Under the pieces are notes generated by a model. It had not been told where the DNA came from, did no database searches, and saw only the letters and a list, made by a program, of their open reading frames with translations. A stretch of DNA of 64,000 nt from Candidatus Freyarchaeum deiterrae (GTDB lineage: Archaea; Asgardarchaeota; Jordiarchaeia; Jordiarchaeales; Jordiarchaeaceae): contig CP147778.1 of NCBI GenBank assembly GCA_037305845.1, positions 640,001-704,000 on the forward strand, written 5' to 3'. The position numbers and the translations under genes are program-made. Below, in pieces: positions 56,399 to 64,000 of this stretch; the first letter of the stretch is position 1; each line of letters begins with the position of its first letter.

Positions 56399-58108
56399 TT
56401 AAGGTAGTGTGTTAATTTTGAGAATGCACTTATTTTGAAGAGCAGCTTCTTCGTCCATGCGGATTCTGGTTTTTATGCCGGCAGCTTCCAGTACTGCTTC
56501 TATAAATGTGGTGCAGATATTGTGTAGGATTTTTTCACTGCTTTGGTAGCGGCAATCGCTAATCTGGTATGTTGAATAATTTTTCCCTTTTTTAAGGAAT
56601 TTGGCATTGAAGCCGCAGCTTTTTAGTAGGTCGGGCAGTTTTTCGGGAAGCTTTTCGAATGTTAGTTCTGTTTCTGAGTATTGTTGCTTACTTTTTTGAA
56701 TCACATTTTCTTTAAATTCCTCTAGTTTTTCCTCGGATGCAGCAATTAGTGGCATTACTAGTTCGATGGATTCCAAATTGGTTATGTGGGGAAGTGATTC
56801 AACAACCTCGGCTTTTGTAGCTACGAATTCGCAGCATTCGTCTCCCATTCCCACACACTTGGTTTCTTCTATTTGGTAGTGAGAATCGAAGGCTGTTTCT
56901 ACAACTCCCCTAATGAATCCTTTCTGAATGAAGCAGATTGGCTTGTTTAATGTTCTTAGACTCGAAATAATTGGTGAATTTTTAATCATAATTTTAATTT
57001 CGAGTTTATCTTCAAAGTTGGAAGAGATGCTTCCCCATCCGAGGATGGTGGATGCGATTATGCATTTCTCAGCGATTTCTTTTTCTTGGAGCTTGTATTT
57101 TTCTTTGAAAATCTTGGCCAAGGCCTTGCCATTTTGGTACCCCGCATATTCAAAAGCATCTTTTGTTTCGTTTAAATGGTTATTTTCGGCCGATTTTTTT
57201 ATAATGTTCAAAATTTGGTTGGCAGGCATCACGAGATACCTGGTAAGCTCGTCGTAGAGGGGTATTTTTAGTATTCCCGATGTATCCATGTTGAACATCT
57301 TTCTCAATTCCTCAAAGGAGGTTACCATTTCACTTGCCAGCCGGAAGTTCCTGTTTTGAACGTCTACTGAGTATGTTACTAAATCCGTTATGCAGGGTAA
57401 GCCGGCGTTTTTTAGAACTCTGAGATATTTTATTTGTGCTCCATCCTTTTCAATTGTTTTAAGTTCTATTACCGTGTCGAATATGTGTTTGGCGGTTTCC
57501 ACAACTGTTTTGGGATGCATATCCGCATTCATCACGGTGTACATTACGTCTCGGAGCGTTTTGATTTTTGACCTGAGATTCCAAATGAATCTTAGCACCT
57601 TTTCGGAGTCTCCCACCGTAAATATAGTGGTTGAGAGCTGATGGTAGATCCAGGACACTTTTAGACCTGGTGCGGGAATTCCCTTCAGTTTGTCGTCTCT
57701 AAACATACTAGTGTGGTAAAAAACATGGTTTAGGTCGTGTGGCTTTTCTACCACTACGATGTTTGATTCTTCTGAGGTTTGAACGCCCATGGACGCGCTG
57801 AACAGGTCTATGTAGAAGAGACGATTCTCCCTTAACGCTTTGGCTGTAACATTCGGGGCGTAGAGTTGAGGGTAGGTTTCTGTGGGAGGATCGGTGCTTA
57901 GGAGTATTATGTTTTCGTCTCTTTCCAAGAGGTTCAGACTGATTATTCCCAAAAGTGCAGATGCATCTTGGGCGTTTTGACCCTCACAAAGGATTAAGGC
58001 TGTTGATCCGCGGGGTATGCCTCCGCTAAGCAGTCTATCCAACTCATCTATTCCGGTGGTTGTAAGCAACATATTATTGTTGTTTATTGTTGTTGTTTCA
58101 AGTGACAA
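56399..58108 (-). CDS. KaiC/RAD55-like domain (no Walker A) fused to V4R and a second V4R-like domain
   Basis: TTGIDELDRLLSGGIPRG, DTVIEL, LRVLK; V4R ICF..GFIRG...EETKCVGMGDECCEFV; C-terminal C.Y...IC...C. Confidence 0.8.
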   Translation of the reverse strand: MSLETTTINNNNMLLTTTGIDELDRLLSGGIPRGSTALILCEGQNAQDASALLGIISLNLLERDENIILLSTDPPTETYPQLYAPNVTAKALRENRLFYIDLFSASMGVQTSEESNIVVVEKPHDLNHVFYHTSMFRDDKLKGIPAPGLKVSWIYHQLSTTIFTVGDSEKVLRFIWNLRSKIKTLRDVMYTVMNADMHPKTVVETAKHIFDTVIELKTIEKDGAQIKYLRVLKNAGLPCITDLVTYSVDVQNRNFRLASEMVTSFEELRKMFNMDTSGILKIPLYDELTRYLVMPANQILNIIKKSAENNHLNETKDAFEYAGYQNGKALAKIFKEKYKLQEKEIAEKCIIASTILGWGSISSNFEDKLEIKIMIKNSPIISSLRTLNKPICFIQKGFIRGVVETAFDSHYQIEETKCVGMGDECCEFVATKAEVVESLPHITNLESIELVMPLIAASEEKLEEFKENVIQKSKQQYSETELTFEKLPEKLPDLLKSCGFNAKFLKKGKNYSTYQISDCRYQSSEKILHNICTTFIEAVLEAAGIKTRIRMDEEAALQNKCILKINTLP

Positions 58109-58357
58109 ATTGTCATCCCCAAAAATATTCCTTAATTTATTTTTTATCGTCGTTGGTTTTTAATTGTGGGTGACGGTAATTTTTAGTATCGCTAATTATT
58201 ATTTTGCCAAGGTTTTTGTTAAAGCTTATGCTTACCCTAACAATACGGTTGTATAAATAGCTTTTATTACTTTTTAAAAACAAGTATAATTAGGGTGTTC
58301 AAAAAACATTTAGTTCCATCCCTTAGTTTTAAGACTATTATAAAAAATAAGTAAAAA

Positions 58358-59704
58358 CTAGATGTTCAACCCAGCCGCCTGATTTACAGTCTTCAAAAAG
58401 CTGAGATAATCACTCTTGGTAGGAGTAACCTGCTTCGCCTTCTCCACGGTTTTGAACCAGTCTTCATTCTTCTCGACCACAGTTTTAACGCATTTATTCG
58501 TAAAGTCCTCAAGCAGTTGAATAGCTTCACCAAGAGTAAGATCTAAAGCATCCTTCCTAGCCTTATCAGCATCCTCCAAAAAGGAGGACTGAAGCTTCTC
58601 AATCTCATTAACTATTAAGCCCGCGCGCTGAGGGTAATCCTCCTCAATCTTTCGAACCAGTTTTTCGTGATCCCACCAGTAGGAATCAGTATCGTATTTT
58701 TCTCTACCCTTGGTGAGAATTTCCGGAAGCTCGGTACCAAGATAGAAAGGCATGTAAACACTAATGCAGGGACTGGAGCCCGCGGTCAACCAGTGGGTAG
58801 GTATCTCCTCTGTGAGATGCCCCACGAAGCTCGCAGTAGATTGACTTGCAACCGCGGATCCCGCGTGCATGCAAACGGTGTTTATCTGCTTATCGGGATT
58901 CCAATCTTTCACACCGTATCCCTCGTGGTCTCTGAGATAATTCATCATACTCTTTACGGTTACGTTTTCCTTGTTGCCTTGCAGAAGTTTGGTGGACCTC
59001 TTAACGCGTTCAACACAATGAACTATTTCTCTCATTGTTGGTTCCCCATAGCACAGAGCAAAATCAAAATTCTTTGCAGAGTTACACCAACCCTTCTCAA
59101 TAGCGTGCTCCACCAAATTCTGTGAGGATAAGTCCCACTCCTTACCTATGGTATAACCGTTTGAAATAGAACGAACATCCTTGACACACTCCGCAACCCA
59201 GTACTTGTCGGCGGTTTCCAAAACCCAAGCTTCGCTCGGATCCGCTATAATAAAGGAATTGTGATATTTCAGGGATTGGTCAAAGAAACAGTTTCCACCC
59301 TGACCGTACTCTTCCAAGAGGTCAACCATCACCTCTAGAGCCCTTCTCGCGGTCTCCCCACGCTCCAGCCCCAGTCTAAGAAGATCCATACCAAGTAGAC
59401 CGGTGTCCGCGTAGCTTTCCTTAGACCAAACAGCTTCGTTGCCGATAGCCACACCGTACTCGTTAGCCCCCATTTCTGCGCCCCAAATCCAAAACGGACA
59501 TGACAGAAGAACTTCGAGTGTCTCCGTTACCTGGGGAATCTCAATGTAGGTGCACTTGACCTTTGAGCCCTCAGGATGCTCCTTTCTTGGAAAATATCTG
59601 AGAACCTGCGCCTCGTTTAATGGTCTGTCGCTGTTCTTCCCCAAAATCACCGAACCATCCTGAGTGGAATTTCCTAAGGCTACAAGCGTGTCACACACGA
59701 CCAA
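58358..59704 (-). CDS. C69 family peptidase (secernin/dipeptidase-like)
   Basis: N-terminal CDT nucleophile, GKNSDR, WGAEMGANEYGVAIGNE, GMDLLRLGLERG; likely GTG start at 59698. Confidence 0.9.
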   Translation of the reverse strand: MVVCDTLVALGNSTQDGSVILGKNSDRPLNEAQVLRYFPRKEHPEGSKVKCTYIEIPQVTETLEVLLSCPFWIWGAEMGANEYGVAIGNEAVWSKESYADTGLLGMDLLRLGLERGETARRALEVMVDLLEEYGQGGNCFFDQSLKYHNSFIIADPSEAWVLETADKYWVAECVKDVRSISNGYTIGKEWDLSSQNLVEHAIEKGWCNSAKNFDFALCYGEPTMREIVHCVERVKRSTKLLQGNKENVTVKSMMNYLRDHEGYGVKDWNPDKQINTVCMHAGSAVASQSTASFVGHLTEEIPTHWLTAGSSPCISVYMPFYLGTELPEILTKGREKYDTDSYWWDHEKLVRKIEEDYPQRAGLIVNEIEKLQSSFLEDADKARKDALDLTLGEAIQLLEDFTNKCVKTVVEKNEDWFKTVEKAKQVTPTKSDYLSFLKTVNQAAGLNI

Positions 59705-59951
59705 TCACCTTACAAAGTGTACCTTTTGAATTTAATATACTTATCTAAAAAATAAAGAAAATAATAATAATAAGATAAACAGAGAGAACCGGACGATTTC
59801 TAACAACAAGAGATTCACTAACACACAATTATAATAAATATAGCAATTGGGGGATTTTACATTTTAAAGAGACAGGGCGTCAAATTTAAGAATTTCTACC
59901 TTAAGCAGGTTTACTCGGGTTCTTCGATGAAAACATTAGACTGCTGAATGA

Positions 59952-61478
59952 TTATTCCGTTAACTCGTAGGCGAGGTTCTCTATTTTTATTTCTATTCCT
60001 TTTTCGGTTAGGGAGTAAAGTCTCTTCTTGTATTTTCGGTATTCGTCCAAAGTCATCAGTATAACGTGTTCTCCCTCTTCTACCGCGTGGAAGAGTCTTC
60101 CAGCCCTCTGCCCTTCTTGTCTACGTGACCCAAACAGATAATCGTATTCTATTACTCTCTGTATCTCTGGGAGGCTGATTCCCTCGTCGCCCACGCGGCT
60201 AAGTATGACGAATCCATCTTTATCCAGTGCAGACCGTACGGTTTCGAGACGGTTTTTCGTTTCGCCGTTGATAAATGTTCCACTGAACCTGTTGGCTATT
60301 GCTTCCCCTTTTTTGAGATTGTCGCAGTATACTAATGTGACTCTCGGCACCATCATCAAGCTGTCTAACTGGGATAGTTTCTCAGTTTCTTCCCTAACAA
60401 TTATTAAATTCACCGTAGGCTTCTTAACCAGCCCCTTCTTGAAAAAGTAGCCCCAAGACACACCGATAGGATATCCTGTGAGGGCGAATATTAACTCGGA
60501 ACGCCCATCCTCCCTGTAGGGGCTGCCACTTAGTCCTATGGTGTACTTTCTCTTAAGAAAGCTGATTATGCTGAAAACATTGCTGGGCAGGTGATGCACT
60601 TCATCGAATACAATAAGACTGTAGGCCTTCTCCGCAGATTCTTTAACAGCGGAATGATAAGTCACTATTTTTACCTCACTAGGATCCACATCCAATTGAT
60701 TCTTTATACGCTCCGCCCATTGCTCCCTCAGTGTAACTGTTGGAACAACCACCAGTTTTTCACCTCTGATTTTCCCAATAGCATAGAGACCAAGCATACT
60801 CTTACCGGCACCATAAGGATAGAATATGCCTACGTGACTATATTTAAGGAAAAGCTCCCAAGCCTCCTTCTGATAATCCCTCAGCTTAAACTTGACCCTT
60901 TCCTCCCCAAGGATATCGTCAGCATTCACTGGAGTAGGACTAAACGGCATAACTCCATCTTTCAGAAGCTCAATCACCAGCGAGAACTTCTTAGGACTCT
61001 TAATCTGGAACGATTTTTCATCTATTTGTCGGCCGATAAAGAGCTGGTACTTCTTTTTAAAAATTTTAACGTCTCCTTCTTCCAGTACTGCGATATTGTG
61101 TTCCGAGTCCAAAGCCACCCTGAATTCAGGCAGCTCAATACCAAGTTCATCCTTAAGTACAGCCGGCAGGGGAGTGAGCCAGTCAACGTATCGGTTAACT
61201 CGATAAACGTTATATGATTCCGTCTGAAATTCCAACCACCCCACTTCCAAGGGTATGAAGCGCGGGATAAAGAGCCGCCACTCTCCCTGCTTGTATGGAA
61301 CAATAGCGTAGGGCTTCCTTACAAATGCTAAAACCTCATCACTCCTGATTTCCTGCCAGAGCGAAGCGTTAAATTGCCTGCTGACTGCCTGCACCGCGTC
61401 TTTCTCGGTTTCCTCCATCTGCTTCTTGAATTCGTCCAGCCTCAACCTAATTTCTGTCAAACCGTCCATACATTGCAC
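59952..61478 (-). CDS. SF2 helicase, XPB/Rad25-like
   Basis: LRDYQ, GAGKS, DEVHH, GLSGSPYREDG, SRVGDEGISLPE, GSRRQEGQRAGR. Confidence 0.85.
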   Translation of the reverse strand: MQCMDGLTEIRLRLDEFKKQMEETEKDAVQAVSRQFNASLWQEIRSDEVLAFVRKPYAIVPYKQGEWRLFIPRFIPLEVGWLEFQTESYNVYRVNRYVDWLTPLPAVLKDELGIELPEFRVALDSEHNIAVLEEGDVKIFKKKYQLFIGRQIDEKSFQIKSPKKFSLVIELLKDGVMPFSPTPVNADDILGEERVKFKLRDYQKEAWELFLKYSHVGIFYPYGAGKSMLGLYAIGKIRGEKLVVVPTVTLREQWAERIKNQLDVDPSEVKIVTYHSAVKESAEKAYSLIVFDEVHHLPSNVFSIISFLKRKYTIGLSGSPYREDGRSELIFALTGYPIGVSWGYFFKKGLVKKPTVNLIIVREETEKLSQLDSLMMVPRVTLVYCDNLKKGEAIANRFSGTFINGETKNRLETVRSALDKDGFVILSRVGDEGISLPEIQRVIEYDYLFGSRRQEGQRAGRLFHAVEEGEHVILMTLDEYRKYKKRLYSLTEKGIEIKIENLAYELTE

Positions 61479-61835
61479 CTCTCACTAGGCATACAATTTT
61501 GAAATATAGCAGTTGGTAACATCCCAAGATGCATCATATCTTCCTAGTCTCCCAACGAGCATACCATCTCGTATGCAGAACAAAATTGAAAAAACGCCTT
61601 CTTTTTCTCCCTCAGGTACAAGTCCAACACTTAATTCTCCACTAGAATATTTAAAGCTAATCAAATTAAAACATGTTTTTAATTTGTCTTAGCGAGGATT
61701 TATTTTAATCTTAAACTTGCGGATAGATTAGCCAGAATTAACAACGCTCAAGCATGTATGAAGCATGAAAAGCTGACCAGCGGCATCTTTAATTGGCAAG
61801 ACACACCCAAAAGATAGCTAAAGAAGTGAGAAGAG

Positions 61836-62390
61836 ATGACGGAAGAAGAAATTGATCTGAGTGATATCTTAAGGGAGATTGTAAAAGAGTCAAAGTCCGA
61901 GACCGTGGACCTTGTCGTTGAACATAAGTTACGGGGTGTTACACCAGAGATGATTGACTGGTGGTGGGACCACATCGATAACACGGAACGCTACAAGTTG
62001 TGGAACCCCGAAGACCACGTTTCGTTCAGATGGGAAGCCCCACCAAGCAGGCATAGACACGTCGGAGCTATTCAAGTCGCTGTAGAAAAAATTGGTGAAA
62101 CCCCACCCATCAAATTACGCATCCGCTGGGAGGATCCAGGTTCGGTGCCCATTTCCACAACTTACAGCCATGTCAATGCGGGGAGCATCATAGACCAAGA
62201 CAATAAGCCCTTAATTTGGTTAGTTCACGAGTATGAGGCGGAGACCAATGGAACACGGATGCGTTCAACATTTCGATTTCCAGCACTGATACCTCCATCT
62301 ATCCTAGACGATATGCGCAACCATAATAAAGAAGAAATGGGGCAATTCCCTAAATTCCTTCCAAAACTGTACAAGCAAAAAGCCAGATGA
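61836..62390 (+). CDS. DAPG hydrolase (PhlG)-like, Bet v1/SRPBCC fold
   Basis: GVTPEMIDWWW, ERYKLWNPEDH, MRSTF, HNKEEM. Confidence 0.72.
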   Translation: MTEEEIDLSDILREIVKESKSETVDLVVEHKLRGVTPEMIDWWWDHIDNTERYKLWNPEDHVSFRWEAPPSRHRHVGAIQVAVEKIGETPPIKLRIRWEDPGSVPISTTYSHVNAGSIIDQDNKPLIWLVHEYEAETNGTRMRSTFRFPALIPPSILDDMRNHNKEEMGQFPKFLPKLYKQKAR

Positions 62391-62670
62391 AATTATGAAG
62401 CAAATCTCACATCCATGTACCTTGCAAATACTTAACCTGCTTATAGGGAACAATGGAAGTAGTCTTATTTACAATGGTTAAAGCCTCATCACTTTTTAAA
62501 CCCCTGCCAGAGCGAAGCGCAGCACCTGATTATTGAATCTTGTAAACCTTTTTTGAGGCTTATTTTTTGTTTTTTGGGAGGAAAGGCTATTATTGGGCTT
62601 TTTTAATTGTATCTCACTTTTCATTGCTAACCAAAACCTTTGGATTCTCTCGTACCTTTCATTGTGGTGA

Positions 62671-63828
62671 TTGCTTTTGAACGCACGTGAACGGGTTCTG
62701 TGTGCTTTGAATAGGGAGGAGCCGGACAGAGTTCCAACTTTCGAGGTCGGCATCACAAATGATAGTATCTCAGAGAAGGTTGCGGGCACCAGTTTAACTA
62801 AGGGCACCATAAGGGCAGCCTGGGACATGAGGCACACTCTTTTCTGGCGATACAAGAGACACAAACGCACCATGAAGTATTCACCCGACCTATACGCGAA
62901 AGTCATCGCAGTCTTATCGAAAATCGGCTTCGACAGCTGCTCCCTAGGAGTACTGCCACAGTTCACCAAGTGCAAGTACCCGACATGGGACACTTACATC
63001 GACGAGTACGGGAGAAAATTCCAGCTCATGGAACTAAATGAAACCGAGATGGGATTCTACACGGGAGGAGCCTTCAAATCACCCAACGACTACTACGCCT
63101 GGGGAAACATCGACCCACACCACCCGATAAGGGAGAGAATCTACAAGAAAGCCGTGGAAGCTGTGGGGGACAGAATCTTCATAATGCCGGGAATAATGGG
63201 ATTCTTCGAATCCACCTGGGAAATATTCGGGTTCAAAACCTTCGCCAAACTCTTCTACCAGAACCAAAAATTCATACAAAGGGTTTTCGACGACCACAAG
63301 AGACTGGCGATTGAAACTGCAAAATACATGATGGACCTGGGAGCCGAGGCGCTAGTAGTATATGACGACTACGGCTACAAAACCGGACCCTTCATTTCAC
63401 CCAAAGATTTCCGACACTATGTATACCCCTGCCTAAAGGAATTCACACGAACCTGCCACAATCGAGGAGTCAAAGTTCTCCTCCACAGCGACGGCAACCT
63501 AAACCAGATACTCGAAGACATTGTTGACGCGGGAATAGACGCCCTTCACCCCTGGGAGCCACAGGCAAACATGGACATAGTAGAGGGTAAAAAGAAGTAC
63601 GGAAACAAAATCTGCGTCGTGGGAAATGTGGACCCCATGTACACCTTAAGCGAAGCTCCAGTAGAATTCGTAAGGGAAGAAGTGCTCAAACTGCTGAAAA
63701 ACGTGGCACCAGGAGGAGGCTATATCCTGAGTTCGGGTCACAGCGTACATCCAAGAGTGAAGTATGAGAATCTCATGGAAATGATGAAAACAGTGCAAAG
63801 GTATGGAAAGTACCCAATCCAAATCTGA
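62671..63828 (+). CDS. Uroporphyrinogen decarboxylase / MtaA-CmuA methyltransferase family protein
   Basis: RERVLCALNREEPDRVP, DDYG, LHSDG, GNVDP, GGGYILSSGH. Confidence 0.87.
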   Translation: MLLNARERVLCALNREEPDRVPTFEVGITNDSISEKVAGTSLTKGTIRAAWDMRHTLFWRYKRHKRTMKYSPDLYAKVIAVLSKIGFDSCSLGVLPQFTKCKYPTWDTYIDEYGRKFQLMELNETEMGFYTGGAFKSPNDYYAWGNIDPHHPIRERIYKKAVEAVGDRIFIMPGIMGFFESTWEIFGFKTFAKLFYQNQKFIQRVFDDHKRLAIETAKYMMDLGAEALVVYDDYGYKTGPFISPKDFRHYVYPCLKEFTRTCHNRGVKVLLHSDGNLNQILEDIVDAGIDALHPWEPQANMDIVEGKKKYGNKICVVGNVDPMYTLSEAPVEFVREEVLKLLKNVAPGGGYILSSGHSVHPRVKYENLMEMMKTVQRYGKYPIQI

Positions 63829-64000
63829 GAAAATTATCCAGTTTGAGAATATTTACCACTAAATTCAGTGTAACTGGTTCCACATATATTAGAGAAGCCT
63901 TATTCCAGAGCATCTAATCCTCTTGCACACTCAACCACAAATCTGATTTTGAAATATGGGAATAATCAGGTTTCCCAGACCTCTTAATCGTCTTAGAACC

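Noticed and set aside
60591-61217. Longer antisense/overlapping ORFs in the track (e.g. 60591..61217, 13701..14180, 31138..31659, 42295..42756, 62496..62993)
   Set aside because: They shadow well-supported genes on the opposite strand and have no motifs or RBS

Overview
Gene-dense, AT-rich archaeal chromosomal window with GGAGG/GGTGA ribosome-binding sites and many TTG/GTG starts. The gene content (folliculin/uDENN-like longin proteins, a Rab-like protein, SNAP-like TPR proteins, PCI-like winged helices, many V4R-type proteins) points to an Asgard archaeon; this is inference, no marker gene is present. I saw no rRNA, tRNA, CRISPR array, transposase or integrase. Recognisable housekeeping genes: guaB, Trm5-like, nfi, GT4/GH57 glycogen cluster, PhoU-type and ModE regulators, mutM-polX, sfsA, nfeD, C69 peptidase, XPB-like helicase. 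Most notable: (1) a tandem array at 1-2.4 kb whose N-terminal domain carries the folliculin/SMCR8 'D-x-x-ARG-x-x-R' GAP arginine-finger motif; (2) six diverged paralogues of a Cys4 V4R/MetOD1-like protein at 46.6-54.5 kb, with readable duplication junctions (PHP 5' end fused to sfsA 3' end), a conserved spacer element with a micro-ORF, and a nearby P-loop-less KaiC-like/V4R fusion; (3) a ubiquitin-like GG protein 18 nt upstream of a P-loop-dead Rab-like protein with a Cys-rich tail; (4) an FGGY kinase-GlpABC-alkyl-DHAP-synthase-like operon, possibly for ether lipids; (5) an unannotated 38-aa pilin-like microprotein; (6) candidate ACG/ATA start codons. All family calls come from motif recognition by eye; no searches were run.
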